Source of the DNA: Bacteroidota bacterium
GTDB taxonomy: Bacteria > Bacteroidota > Rhodothermia > Balneolales > Balneolaceae
DNA: 41,845 bases
Direction: 5' to 3'
NCBI GenBank assembly: GCA_009926145.1
Contig: RFPJ01000001.1
Coordinates: 1 to 41,845 of the forward strand
Shown: in pieces, positions 8,677 to 18,782 of the stretch
How the letters are laid out: each line of letters begins with the position of its first letter
How positions within the stretch are numbered: position 1 is the first letter of the stretch
Made by a program: the position numbers and the translations under genes
The notes under the pieces: model-generated
What the model was told of the DNA's origin: nothing
Database searches by the model: none
What the model saw: the letters and a program-made list of their open reading frames with translations, nothing else

Positions 8677-10026
8677 TTAGATTTGCTTTTTAAATTCGAA
8701 GGAAGTCTCAAGATATTTGGTACTTACGGACCCTTTATTAAAATTAGGATCATCCATAAGCTGTATATGATACGGTATTGTGGTCTGTATACCCTCAATT
8801 ATGAATTCTTCCAAGGCTCTCCTCATCTTTATAATCGCTTCAGGCCTGGTTTTGGCTGTGACAATTAGCTTAGCAATCATTGAGTCGTAATGAGGAGGGA
8901 TGCGATAACCTGAGTAAGCATGAGTATCCAAACGAACGCCCTGACCTCCAGGGGGATGAAAAACTGTAATTTCACCCGCCGAAGGACGGAAATTGAAGGC
9001 GGGATCCTCAGCATTAATACGACATTCAATGGAATGACCAATTAATTCAACCTTGTAGTCTTTGATGTTAGCTCCAGCAGCAATTTTAATTTGCTCTTCA
9101 ATTAGGTCATAACCTGTTATCTGTTCAGTTACAGGATGTTCAACTTGAATTCTTGTGTTCATTTCCATGAAGTAAAAATTCAGATCATCGTCCACTAAAA
9201 ATTCAACCGTACCTGCTCCCTCATAATTTACAGATAGGGCCGCATTGGTTGCAGCAATACCCATTTTCTCCCGCAATTCAGGAGTTACCAAAGGCGAGGG
9301 AGCTTCTTCTAGAATTTTCTGATGTCTACGCTGCAAAGAACAGTCTCGCTCACCTAGGGATAGGGCATTACCATGCTGGTCGGCTAGAATTTGAATCTCA
9401 ACGTGGTGTGGGTTTTGAACAAAGCGTTCTATATATACTTCAGGGTTGTTGAAAGCTGTAGAGGCTTCATTTCTACACATCTCAAAGTTCTTTTTCAACT
9501 CAGATGCTTCCAAAACCACACGCATACCACGGCCACCACCACCAGCCGAAGCCTTAATAATTACCGGAAACCCAATCGTATCGCAAACTTTTACAGCTTC
9601 TTCATATGAATTTACAACCCCATCACTTCCAGGTACAACGGGCACTTTATTTGCAATCATCGTTGCTTTAGCAACGGCTTTATCTCCCATAGAGGAGATG
9701 GCTTTAGGGGAGGGGCCTATGAATTTTATATCATGTTCGGCACAGATTCTCGAGAACTCAGCATTCTCTGCCAAAAAACCATATCCTGGGTGTATGGCAT
9801 CGGCATTGGTGATTTCGGCAGCCGCAAGAATAGAAGGTATTTTAAGATAACTGTCTCTACTTGCAGCAGGACCTATACAGACCGCTTCATCGGCAAATTT
9901 AACATGTAAACTATCCCTATCGGCTTCAGAATAAACCGCAACGGTTGGGATGCCCATTTCTTTACATGTACGAATAATCCTTAGGGCTATTTCGCCACGA
10001 TTGGCTATTAGTATTTTATTAAACAT
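8677..10026 (-). CDS. accC: Acetyl-CoA carboxylase biotin carboxylase subunit
   Basis: 449 aa. Starts [24 protein letters not shown]-grasp glycine-rich loop [12 protein letters not shown]. Also [14 protein letters not shown]. Confidence 0.97.
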   Translation of the reverse strand: MFNKILIANRGEIALRIIRTCKEMGIPTVAVYSEADRDSLHVKFADEAVCIGPAASRDSYLKIPSILAAAEITNADAIHPGYGFLAENAEFSRICAEHDIKFIGPSPKAISSMGDKAVAKATMIANKVPVVPGSDGVVNSYEEAVKVCDTIGFPVIIKASAGGGGRGMRVVLEASELKKNFEMCRNEASTAFNNPEVYIERFVQNPHHVEIQILADQHGNALSLGERDCSLQRRHQKILEEAPSPLVTPELREKMGIAATNAALSVNYEGAGTVEFLVDDDLNFYFMEMNTRIQVEHPVTEQITGYDLIEEQIKIAAGANIKDYKVELIGHSIECRINAEDPAFNFRPSAGEITVFHPPGGQGVRLDTHAYSGYRIPPHYDSMIAKLIVTAKTRPEAIIKMRRALEEFIIEGIQTTIPYHIQLMDDPNFNKGSVSTKYLETSFEFKKQI

Positions 10027-10032
10027 CCGTAA

Positions 10033-10500
10033 TTATTCGTTTGATATAGTAAATAGAGGCTGACCGAATTCAACGGGAGTACCATTTTGAACATGTATTT
10101 GAGTGATGGTACCCGCGCAATCGGACTCAATTTCATTCATGATTTTCATGGCCTCTATAATACAGAGTGTCTGACCTTTAGAAACCTTATCTCCAACTTT
10201 CACAAAGGGATCGGAATCCGGTGAAGGAGCTTCGTAGAAGGTTCCTACTATGGGGGCCTCTACTTTTTGACCATTACTTACTTGATTGGTGGATTCCTCA
10301 ACGGTGGAAGCCGCCTTAGATGGGGTAGGAGCAGCGGGTGCTACACTAGGCGCTGCTACCATCGGTTGGCTGTAACTTACCTGAGCTTGATCAGATTGTT
10401 TTTTGACTTTTATCTTGAAATCACCCTCTTCGATGGAAACTTCATTTACCTCGCTTTCAGCGATTAAGTCGATAATTTTTTTTACTAGTTTTAAATCCAT
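10033..10500 (-). CDS. accB: Biotin carboxyl carrier protein of acetyl-CoA carboxylase
   Basis: 155 aa. Ala/Pro-rich linker (APSVAPAAPTPSKA) and the C-terminal biotinyl domain with EAMKIMNEIE. Confidence 0.95.
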   Translation of the reverse strand: MDLKLVKKIIDLIAESEVNEVSIEEGDFKIKVKKQSDQAQVSYSQPMVAAPSVAPAAPTPSKAASTVEESTNQVSNGQKVEAPIVGTFYEAPSPDSDPFVKVGDKVSKGQTLCIIEAMKIMNEIESDCAGTITQIHVQNGTPVEFGQPLFTISNE

Positions 10501-10504
10501 GATT

Positions 10505-11074
10505 TTACTTTGCTCTTTCTAGGTAGGTTCCAGTTCGGGTGTCAACTTTTATTTTTTCCCCTTCATTAACGAATAGGGGCACATTCACCACAGCTCCAGA
10601 TTCTAAAGTTGCAGGCTTCGATCCACCTTGTGCGGTATCGCCCTTAACACCTGGGTCTGTTTGGGCTACAGTTAATACCAAATGGTCAGGTGGCTCAGCA
10701 TAAAGAACTTGTTCGTCATCGGCGTTAAATAATACCGTACAATTTTGTCCCTCAATTAAGAAATCTTTACGTTCAACCTGATGAGGGAAAATAGGTATTT
10801 GCTCAAAAGTTACGTTATTCATGAAAAAATACGAATCACCGTCATTGTAAAGGTATTGATACTCACGTGTTTCCACTCTTACAGCTTCTGTTTTTTCACC
10901 AGAACGCCAAGTTTTATCAATATTTTTTTCATTTACAATGCCTTTTAATTTAGTGCGAACGAAGGCAGGTCCTTTTCCTGGTTTAACATGTTGAAATTCG
11001 GTGATGGCATACAACTCGCCATCCATATTCAAGACCAGTCCATTACGGAAGTCGGCAGTAGATACTTTAGACAT
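10505..11074 (-). CDS. efp: Translation elongation factor P
   Basis: 189 aa. Contains FRNGLVL, HVKPGKGPAFVRTKLK (the modified-Lys loop) and the three-domain length typical of EF-P. Confidence 0.95.
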   Translation of the reverse strand: MSKVSTADFRNGLVLNMDGELYAITEFQHVKPGKGPAFVRTKLKGIVNEKNIDKTWRSGEKTEAVRVETREYQYLYNDGDSYFFMNNVTFEQIPIFPHQVERKDFLIEGQNCTVLFNADDEQVLYAEPPDHLVLTVAQTDPGVKGDTAQGGSKPATLESGAVVNVPLFVNEGEKIKVDTRTGTYLERAK

Positions 11075-11100
11075 CTAGGTTATTTAGGTTGATGGATATG

Positions 11101-11132
11101 CAAAAATAAAGCTACTAGCAATGAGTAACAAA
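11101..11132 (-). promoter_or_regulatory. Candidate Bacteroides-type promoter (-33 TTTG, 20-nt spacer, -7 TATTTTTG) for efp-accB-accC and downstream genes
   Basis: Minus strand reads TTTG (11132-11129), 20 nt, then TATTTTTG (11108-11101). The -7 box ends 26 nt upstream of the efp ATG (11074). This is the only site in the window where I found both elements at consensus spacing. Confidence 0.4.
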
Positions 11133-11161
11133 TAATTCAGTTGATAAAAGCTCTTTTCGCG

Positions 11162-12508
11162 TTATAGGAAATTACTAATGATGTTATATGCGATAGCAGC
11201 TGGACATATCACATAGAGGAAAACTGGCCATACCTTAGCAAATAAACTCTGTTTAACCGTTGGAAAACCGTGTTCTAACTCGTCTAATGCTGTATCCTTT
11301 TTCCATATCAAACTGATAAATAAACAAATAAGGAGTCCACCAATAGGGAGACCAAGATCGCTAAATATGTAACTAAAATGACCAATGAGGCTGGTTTTAA
11401 AAGATATAAGCACCGAAATAGCGGTTACCCCTAGTCCTACCATCCACGCTGCTTTAGCACGCGGTACTTGATGTTCATCTATTACATACGAAACCGGCAC
11501 TTCTAGCAATGATATCGTTGAAGTAAGAGCGGCAATACTGAGCAGCAAGAAGAACACAACGCCTAAGGTTACCCCAACTACACCTCCTATGGTATGAAAT
11601 AAGGCAGGTAAAATTTGAAATACTAAGTCGGTACTGGATGCCAACTGATCACCTACAAAAATTTCTATACCGGCACTTCTAGCAACATACATAGCTGGGA
11701 TAATCAGTAATCCTGCTAAAAATGCAATTCCAACATCCGCGAGGGTTACAAAAGCGGCTACCTGAGGGATATTTTCCTTTCGGCTTAGGTAGGATCCATA
11801 GGTGATTAAAGCTCCCATACCAAGAGATAAAGAGAAAAATGCTTGCCCCATGGCAGAGAAAACTAAGCTTGTAGTAATTCGTGAAAAATCGGGTAATAGG
11901 TACTCTCGAACACCAACCATCGCACCATCCTGAGTAAATACATAAAGTATCATAATGACTATGATACCGATAAGTAAGGGCATCATTGTCTTGGTTGCTT
12001 TCTCTATACCATCACTAACTCCACCAGTAATGATTTTTATGGTACCAAGCATAAATAAAATAGCCAAGAGTGCATTTTTCCAACCATTTCCAGTATCGGT
12101 TAAAATATCGGCCAGCTGGGTCCAACCGAGAAAGTAAAAAATTTCTTCAAAAGCATATCCAAATGCCCAGCCTGCAATTACAGAATAGAAGGATAGAATC
12201 ATCACACCACAAATAACCCCCCAAAGACCAACAAGAGGAAAGAAGCGGTTACTACTTAAAGCTCGAAAAGCACCAACTGGATTTCTCCTTGAGGCACGTC
12301 CAATACTTAATTCCGCAACCATTACCGGAAACCCAATAAGAAAGGTACATAGCAAGTATATGATGAGATAAGCCGCACCACCCTCAGTAGCCACTTTAGT
12401 TGGGAAGCCCCAAATGTTGCCCAATCCGACAGCCGATCCCGCTGCTGCTAAGATAAAACCTAGTTTTGAATTCCAAGATCCTCGTTCAGTTGATGTTTGT
12501 ATAGCCAA
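11162..12508 (-). CDS. Sodium-dependent transporter, neurotransmitter:sodium symporter (SNF) family
   Basis: 448 aa. N-terminus ERGSWNSKLGFILAAAGSAVGLGNIWGFP is the SNF signature. About 11-12 hydrophobic segments. TTG start at 12508 is preceded by AGGAG (12518-12514) with a 6-nt spacer. Confidence 0.92.
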   Translation of the reverse strand: MAIQTSTERGSWNSKLGFILAAAGSAVGLGNIWGFPTKVATEGGAAYLIIYLLCTFLIGFPVMVAELSIGRASRRNPVGAFRALSSNRFFPLVGLWGVICGVMILSFYSVIAGWAFGYAFEEIFYFLGWTQLADILTDTGNGWKNALLAILFMLGTIKIITGGVSDGIEKATKTMMPLLIGIIVIMILYVFTQDGAMVGVREYLLPDFSRITTSLVFSAMGQAFFSLSLGMGALITYGSYLSRKENIPQVAAFVTLADVGIAFLAGLLIIPAMYVARSAGIEIFVGDQLASSTDLVFQILPALFHTIGGVVGVTLGVVFFLLLSIAALTSTISLLEVPVSYVIDEHQVPRAKAAWMVGLGVTAISVLISFKTSLIGHFSYIFSDLGLPIGGLLICLFISLIWKKDTALDELEHGFPTVKQSLFAKVWPVFLYVICPAAIAYNIISNFL

Positions 12509-12543
12509 AATGTTCTCCTATAAAGTTAAGTGCAGAAAATAGC

Positions 12544-14502
12544 TTAGTTAGAAGTATCTCGCAACCTGCGCATTAAGATACCCGAAGATTTTTCCACTAA
12601 ATAGCTGTTTTGAATGGTTTCAGGAGTATTTTTTATTGAATGTGTTATCAAAACCTCCCATGTACCTTCCGGCAATATAATCTCATGATCCACACTTCGA
12701 TTACAGTTGATAGAGATAAAATAATCATAGGGACTTGAAGTGGATGCTCCATCAATAGAAAAAGTGATATGAAGAGGATCGTGGTATACCTTAAAATGTA
12801 TGGATTCAGCTGTAGATGAACGTAAAGATTTATTATTTAACCGTATGTTAATTAGTGCTTTATAGTATTCATATAAATCTGAATTTAGATTAAGCTCATC
12901 GAAATTTAGATAGTTCGTACTGTCATCTCGGTTATATGAATCGTGATTAAAGAAATATTTCTGAGCGGCTTCATCCCATGTTTTCTTGGATCTAGCCCAT
13001 TCTTGGCCTGCATGAATCATCGTTACTCCTTGAGATACCATAAGTAAGAATGCCCCTAATTTATGCAAACGAACAAGCTCCACCTCATCAATTGATTCAT
13101 CCTTTGATTCAGACTGTAAAACCATTCGAATAAAATCACCTAGAGTATAACCATCGTGACTTTCTAGATAATTTATCGAATGATTGCTTTGCTTAAATAA
13201 ACCATGTTCCTCTTTATCAAGCGTTCCTCTGATAATATTCTCTAGCGTGTATCGATGTAAGTTATGTGGCCATTCGCCAAAAATAACCCCTTTTTGATGG
13301 ATGGGATCATATCCTTTAAAAGTATTTCGAATCCTATCATTCCAAGACGACCAACCTCGTTCAGAATAACCCACTGGCTTATATTCACCTCCCCATGGTT
13401 CTGCAATGAGGATACAATCAGGGTTAAATGATCTAAGGTGTTGGGTCATGATGTCTACAAATTCCCAATCAAAAATACCTGCCAAATCAAATCGAAATCC
13501 GTCAATTTTATAATGGGTAACCCAATGCTCAAGTGACGAAAGTATAAGAGCCCTAGTGGCTTCTTTTTGCGTATCTAAATCATTACCCGTCCAAGAATCA
13601 TTTAGGTAATTAGCATCCTGATCTAATCGAAAATAGGAGAGTTTAGAACTGAATCGTAAGGGGTTTAAATCATATTGTGAGCTATGATTATACACCACAT
13701 CCATTATAACACTCATATTCTCTTTATGACACGCTTTTACCAAAGATTTCAATTCATATATCGCCGAGGGTTGGTTCCCTACAACCGCATTTTTCTCCGT
13801 AGTACCATCTGTCGAATATATACTTTCCGGGGCATGAAAAAAGGAGGTCATATACCCCCAATAATTAATGCCCGTCGGATTCCAAGTGTTTATAAGCCCA
13901 TTTTCAATTTCCTCACTAAAGGGGGGTTCATAGTAGGCATATTTTTGCAGGGGTAGGAATTCTATGGCATTAACACCTAGATTCTTAAGGTGGTTTAAAC
14001 CGCCTTTTTGGGCTTTAATAAACCCATTATAGCAACTAGCGTCGGGAGCTATTGCTGAAGGATGAGCTACCATATCTTTAATATGGGTTTCGTAAATAAT
14101 TAAATCACTGATATCATCGGGAAAGACATGATCGGTACCTTCCCAGTCGAATTCATCCTCTTGGTGTATCAAGCTTTTATAGAATCCTAAATAGTGATTT
14201 CGATTAGCTACATGGGTCGAGTAGGGGTCGGCAATTTCATAATGTGTATATTCAAACTCACTTGTGTATTGCGGCCCGTCTAAGGAATAGGTGTACCATT
14301 TATTTAACCAATCGAAACCTTCTACAAATACAGACCAAACTCCAACACTATTCTTAGACATATCTAAGATCTTTGCAAGCTTTTGTTCATAGAATTCATA
14401 CAAACAGAGCTGCACGGAAACCGCTTCAGGAGCTAATAAACGAAAAACAAGACCATCTTTTTGAATGGTACAGCCTAATTTAGAATCAGTGCTTTCTGTC
14501 AA
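12544..14502 (-). CDS. GH13 alpha-amylase-family debranching enzyme (type I pullulanase / glycogen-debranching-like), apparently cytoplasmic
   Basis: 652 aa. N-terminal CBM48-like segment (GLVFRLLAPEAVSV). GH13 regions VIMDVVYNHS, IDGFRFDLAG, LIAEPWG, YLESHD. No signal peptide. TTG start, with no in-frame ATG nearby. Confidence 0.85.
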   Translation of the reverse strand: MTESTDSKLGCTIQKDGLVFRLLAPEAVSVQLCLYEFYEQKLAKILDMSKNSVGVWSVFVEGFDWLNKWYTYSLDGPQYTSEFEYTHYEIADPYSTHVANRNHYLGFYKSLIHQEDEFDWEGTDHVFPDDISDLIIYETHIKDMVAHPSAIAPDASCYNGFIKAQKGGLNHLKNLGVNAIEFLPLQKYAYYEPPFSEEIENGLINTWNPTGINYWGYMTSFFHAPESIYSTDGTTEKNAVVGNQPSAIYELKSLVKACHKENMSVIMDVVYNHSSQYDLNPLRFSSKLSYFRLDQDANYLNDSWTGNDLDTQKEATRALILSSLEHWVTHYKIDGFRFDLAGIFDWEFVDIMTQHLRSFNPDCILIAEPWGGEYKPVGYSERGWSSWNDRIRNTFKGYDPIHQKGVIFGEWPHNLHRYTLENIIRGTLDKEEHGLFKQSNHSINYLESHDGYTLGDFIRMVLQSESKDESIDEVELVRLHKLGAFLLMVSQGVTMIHAGQEWARSKKTWDEAAQKYFFNHDSYNRDDSTNYLNFDELNLNSDLYEYYKALINIRLNNKSLRSSTAESIHFKVYHDPLHITFSIDGASTSSPYDYFISINCNRSVDHEIILPEGTWEVLITHSIKNTPETIQNSYLVEKSSGILMRRLRDTSN

Positions 14503-14553
14503 ACTTCTTTGGATTTTACAACGATTACTTGATGTGAATTCAACACGTAAAGC

Positions 14554-16605
14554 CTATGACAACAAACTTCCTTCCGCTGCTTCGGAAGTAACAAAATGAA
14601 GGTTACCATCTGGAGATTCGGCCATGAGTATCATTCCTTTACTTTCCATACCCATAATCATACGAGGCGCCAAATTACATATTACCGTTACTTTCTGACC
14701 AATCAATCGATCTATTTGTACATGCTTTTTAATACCCGATACTATGGTACGAGTTTCTATACCTATGTCTACTTTGAAGGCCAATAATTTGTTTGATTTT
14801 GGAACCTCAGTAACTTCTTTGATAATGCCTACGCGTAAGTCCATAGCCATAAAATCATCGAAATTAATTGGATCCTTTATATTTGGATAATCAATAGTTT
14901 TCTCTGATTCAGCATCAGAGGCGTTATTATTCAATTGTGCTTCTAGTTTGTCCAATTCCATTTGAATTTGCTCGTCTTCGATTTTAGTAAAGAGTATTTC
15001 CGCTTTCTGTAATTTTTGACCAACCTTAAGTAAATCTGTGCCAATATTCTCCCATGATATAGCCCCATCATAACCAATTTGAGCTCGGAGTTTAGCCATG
15101 CTAGAGGGAATAATCGGATCAAATAGTATGGATAAGGCGGCAACAACTTGTGCGCTTACATGTAATGTATTGTGGCAGGATTCAATATCACTGTCTTTGC
15201 TTTTCCATGGTTCTGTATCACTAAAGTATTTATTGCCAATCCGCGCTAATTGCATCGACTCTTGAAGTGCTTCACGGAATTTAAATTGTTCGAATGCAGC
15301 TTCAACCTTTTCTTTTTGAAGGGTTATTGCCTCAAGCACAGCCAAATCCACGTCCTTCGGATTGCTTAACGGAGGCACCTTAGCATCGGCATACTTCTCT
15401 GTAAAACTCATGGTTCTATGGATGAAATTACCGAGTACAGCAACTAATTCATTATTAACTCTGGCTTGAAAATCTTTCCAAGAAAAATCTGAGTCTTTGG
15501 TTTCTGGTAAGGTTACTCCCAATGCATATCGCAAGAGATCTGCCTCGAAATGGTCTACATAGTTATGAAGCCAAACAGCCCAACCTCTGGATGTTGATAA
15601 CTTTTTACCCTCTAAATTTAAAAATTCATTGGCAGGTACGTTCTCTGGTAGCACATAATTACCATGTTCCATTAGGATAATTGGAAACATGATGCAGTGA
15701 AAAACAATATTGTCTTTACCAATGAAATGATAGAGTTTTGCATCAGGATTTTGCCAGTATTTACGCCACTCTTCAGGCTTATTACGCTTCAAGGCCCATT
15801 CTTTAGTGGCAGATATATAGCCAATTGGAGCTTCAAACCACACATATAGAACCTTACCTTCGGCATCTTCTAAGGGTACGGGCACTCCCCAGGTTAAATC
15901 TCTTGTGGCCGCTCGATCATTGAGTCCTTCCTGTAGCCAACTCCTAACTTGTCCACTCACATTGGATTTCCATCCTTCTCGGGAATCTAACCATTCTTCC
16001 AACTTAGCCTGTGCTTTTCCCAAGGGCATGTACCAATGTTGTGTCTCTTTTCTCAATGGAGCTTTCCCAGATAAGGCACTTATTGGATTAATAAGATCGG
16101 TAGGATGTAAGCTATTACCGCATTTTTCACATTGATCACCGTAGGCCTCTGGATAGGAGCAATTGGGACATTCTCCTTTTACGTATCGGTCGGGTAAAAA
16201 CATCTGGGCATCTTCATCATAAAAATGCTCTTCTGTTTTAGTACTAAAGAAGCCTTTATCATAAAGTGTTTTGAAAATTTCTTGTGATGTTTCGTAGTGA
16301 ATTTTACTACTAGTACGTCCATAATAGTCGAATGAAATGCCCATACGCTCGAAGGTATCCTTATTCCATTCATGATAGCGATCCACAATATCTTGAGGAT
16401 TTACGCCTTCTTTTTCAGCGGCTATTGTAATGGGCACTCCATGTTCATCAGACCCACAAATGAACACCACATCTTCTCCTTTAAGCCGAAGATATCGTAC
16501 GAAAAAGTCTGCAGTTAAATACGCTCCAGCTAAATGACCTAAGTGGAGAGGTCCATTCGCATAGGGGAGAGCAGATGTGACAATGATTGGTTTTTTTTCT
16601 TGCAT
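14554..16605 (-). CDS. metG: Methionine--tRNA ligase with a C-terminal tRNA-binding (EMAP/Trbp111-like) domain
   Basis: 683 aa. HIGH-type motif PYANGPLHLGH. Zinc knuckles CPNCSYPEAYGDQCEKCG. KMSKS-type motif KLSTSRG. C-terminal OB-fold segment DLRVGIIKEV...MESKGMILMAE. Confidence 0.97.
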   Translation of the reverse strand: MQEKKPIIVTSALPYANGPLHLGHLAGAYLTADFFVRYLRLKGEDVVFICGSDEHGVPITIAAEKEGVNPQDIVDRYHEWNKDTFERMGISFDYYGRTSSKIHYETSQEIFKTLYDKGFFSTKTEEHFYDEDAQMFLPDRYVKGECPNCSYPEAYGDQCEKCGNSLHPTDLINPISALSGKAPLRKETQHWYMPLGKAQAKLEEWLDSREGWKSNVSGQVRSWLQEGLNDRAATRDLTWGVPVPLEDAEGKVLYVWFEAPIGYISATKEWALKRNKPEEWRKYWQNPDAKLYHFIGKDNIVFHCIMFPIILMEHGNYVLPENVPANEFLNLEGKKLSTSRGWAVWLHNYVDHFEADLLRYALGVTLPETKDSDFSWKDFQARVNNELVAVLGNFIHRTMSFTEKYADAKVPPLSNPKDVDLAVLEAITLQKEKVEAAFEQFKFREALQESMQLARIGNKYFSDTEPWKSKDSDIESCHNTLHVSAQVVAALSILFDPIIPSSMAKLRAQIGYDGAISWENIGTDLLKVGQKLQKAEILFTKIEDEQIQMELDKLEAQLNNNASDAESEKTIDYPNIKDPINFDDFMAMDLRVGIIKEVTEVPKSNKLLAFKVDIGIETRTIVSGIKKHVQIDRLIGQKVTVICNLAPRMIMGMESKGMILMAESPDGNLHFVTSEAAEGSLLS

Positions 16606-16660
16606 GATTACGATAGATTTAGTAAAAGAAGATAAGCAGTCTTAGATAAATAGTTTTAGG

Positions 16661-17824
16661 CTATTGGTGTTTTGGTAAGTAGCTATCAAATTTTGCTCCA
16701 ATCAAATCTCTGAAGACTTGGTATCGATAAGGTGGAATATTTTTTTCACCTATAACTATTTCTTCAACCACTCGGTTGCTGAGCAAATAAGATTGCACGT
16801 TCCTTCCATATGCTTTAATTAAGCCATCCTTTAACGTGCCAAATACATAGTTTTTTGCTTCTTTTATCGCCATTTTATCTTTCATATGACGCTGATACTC
16901 TTCAGGATTCATAGGTTGGAGTGCAACTTTAGTTTCACTTAAACCTAAATCGCGCGATTCTTTTCGAAGATTATCAATTAACACTTTAAGCCACTGTTGT
17001 ACCTCATATGTTTTAAGGCCATGATGTATGGCATGCTCATTCAACCAATCTTTAATTTTATGAGGATTTAATACAAGGAGCTTCAAATAATGGTTATCAA
17101 CCATTTGATAAGGAGGTTTATTTCGTTCCTTAGCCATTTCATCTCGCCATTCAAATAGACCTCTATAAATATGCGCCTGATGTTCATTCAAACCTAAAAG
17201 ATCTTTGTTTTTCACTTTTACCGTTAAATCTTCATGATCTACTGGAAGTGAATAATGCCATTCATTTTCAGACAAAAACCATTCGTAACGATTTTTTAGA
17301 ATCATGTGCTCTTTAAGCAGTTGGTATAAATCATTTAGATAGAGTACATCTTCAGCAGCATACTCAAGTTGTTTATTGCTTAGTGGCCGTGACAACCAAT
17401 TGCTTTTCTGACTCGCTTTTGAAGTTTCAATACCCAAGTGCTCATGAAGAACATTAACCAATGACTTTATAGGATAGTTTAAGAGACTGCAGGCTATGTT
17501 TAAATCACGAACATTAGTGGGTGAACAACCACTAATTTTGAGCAATTTATAATCTTCGCTGAATGAAAAACAGATGATTTCATTATGATCAGATTCCAGT
17601 ATCGAGTAGAATTCATCTAATGGATCCTCCAACAATAAAGGATCAATAATATAACATGTCCCACCAATGTAGCATTGAATTAAGCAAATAGTAAAACCGT
17701 ACCCATATCGATTACGATCGAACTCTAAATCCAGACCTATAATGTCAGATTTCGCTAATTCAGATAGAAAGTTACGATACTGTTTGGACGTTGTAATATA
17801 TAAATAGGGAGGAGTACCTGGCAT
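16661..17824 (-). CDS. rnd: RNase D-like DEDDy 3'-5' exonuclease with an HRDC-like C-terminal region
   Basis: 387 aa. Exo motifs GLDLEFD, FSFSEDYKLL and EYAAEDVLYL (Y-x3-D). Helical C-terminal half. Confidence 0.65.
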   Translation of the reverse strand: MPGTPPYLYITTSKQYRNFLSELAKSDIIGLDLEFDRNRYGYGFTICLIQCYIGGTCYIIDPLLLEDPLDEFYSILESDHNEIICFSFSEDYKLLKISGCSPTNVRDLNIACSLLNYPIKSLVNVLHEHLGIETSKASQKSNWLSRPLSNKQLEYAAEDVLYLNDLYQLLKEHMILKNRYEWFLSENEWHYSLPVDHEDLTVKVKNKDLLGLNEHQAHIYRGLFEWRDEMAKERNKPPYQMVDNHYLKLLVLNPHKIKDWLNEHAIHHGLKTYEVQQWLKVLIDNLRKESRDLGLSETKVALQPMNPEEYQRHMKDKMAIKEAKNYVFGTLKDGLIKAYGRNVQSYLLSNRVVEEIVIGEKNIPPYRYQVFRDLIGAKFDSYLPKHQ

Positions 17825-17860
17825 ATAATTGCTTTAGAATAGACTCATCAGATGAGGCGC

Positions 17861-18739
17861 TTATTTTCGGTCTACTTGAAATTCAAATAACCAATGATAC
17901 CAGTCATCACCCATATATACCCGTTTCCAAGCATCATGAGAGAGATCTTCATGTACGGTAAAAAGAACCTGTTGATGGCCCATTTCCTGTAAATCTGCCA
18001 TACCTTTATAGAAATATTTCTTTTCCACCGTCCTGTCTTTTCCACCTGCAAATGCCCATACGGGTAACTGGTGTTCCGCTATAGAAGGCAACAAAGAAGG
18101 GTGGCCCCAAGCAACTACAGGAAGTATGGCAGCAAATCGTTCAGGATATTGACTCCCCATATACCAGGTACCAAAGCCTCCATAACTAAGACCTGTTAGA
18201 TAGACTCGATTTGAATCGGCTCGATACGTTGATAATGTATGGTCTAGAATGTTAATCAGGTCACCTTCAACCCGATTCCAACCATCTGCAAATAAAGGAA
18301 GTTCATCACTGAATTCTGTGACCATTTGGGTGGTTTGAATGGCAGGGCCTCCCAACCAAGGTGCCCGATCGGGAACACCTGTTTCAAGCCGCTTAGGGAC
18401 CCGTTCAGTACTACGATTTACAAGATAAGAGATGCCGAGCGTATCTCTACCAAACATGTGGAGTTGAGGAACAATGAGGATGAATGGAAGCTCTTTTTTC
18501 ATCGCCCAAGCTTCATATAAAGGACCGTGTATGCGTGTATAAACTAATTCATCTTTTCCATTACCCCGCTCTCCATCACCATGTAAAAACATTACAACAG
18601 GCCATATTTTGTCCAATTCATCATAGCCTTTAGGTAAATACACATAATAATCACGCTCTGTGGAATCCAACTCACTGATATAGGATTCACGAAGTAATTG
18701 ATCTTGATATTTCGAATTCTCACACGACATAATTCTCAT
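17861..18739 (-). CDS. Alpha/beta-hydrolase esterase (carboxylesterase / prolyl-oligopeptidase-like family)
   Basis: 292 aa. Contains VVMFLHGDGERGNG, the nucleophile elbow LTGLSYGGFG, and late Asp/His candidates (GGKDRTV, LSHDAW). No signal peptide. Confidence 0.7.
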   Translation of the reverse strand: MRIMSCENSKYQDQLLRESYISELDSTERDYYVYLPKGYDELDKIWPVVMFLHGDGERGNGKDELVYTRIHGPLYEAWAMKKELPFILIVPQLHMFGRDTLGISYLVNRSTERVPKRLETGVPDRAPWLGGPAIQTTQMVTEFSDELPLFADGWNRVEGDLINILDHTLSTYRADSNRVYLTGLSYGGFGTWYMGSQYPERFAAILPVVAWGHPSLLPSIAEHQLPVWAFAGGKDRTVEKKYFYKGMADLQEMGHQQVLFTVHEDLSHDAWKRVYMGDDWYHWLFEFQVDRK

Positions 18740-18782
18740 AACAATGATTGAATAAATAAAAACGAATCACCAATGCATTTTT

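Noticed and set aside
9249-9850. Overlapping plus-strand ORFs (67, 72 and 134 aa) antisense to accC. The same applies to 8665-8868 (antisense across the accC 3' end), 10267-10467 (antisense to accB) and 11955-12137 (antisense to the SNF gene).
   Set aside because: They lie inside highly conserved housekeeping genes, are in different frames from one another, and their translations have no recognisable features. These are shadow ORFs.
13684-16388. Minor ORFs inside the pullulanase and metG genes (13684-13956 +, 14596-14787 +, 14943-15146 -, 15905-16135 +, 16179-16388 -), plus 23263-23490 inside thrA.
   Set aside because: All are embedded in long ORFs with clear family signatures, either antisense or in an alternative frame on the same strand. 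No start context or motif supports them.
17844-17856. 13-bp palindrome CTCATCAGATGAG between the esterase stop and the RNase D-like start.
   Set aside because: The arms are short (6 bp) around a single central nucleotide. It cannot form a stable hairpin, it is not followed by a T-tract in the transcribed direction, and it is of a size expected by chance.
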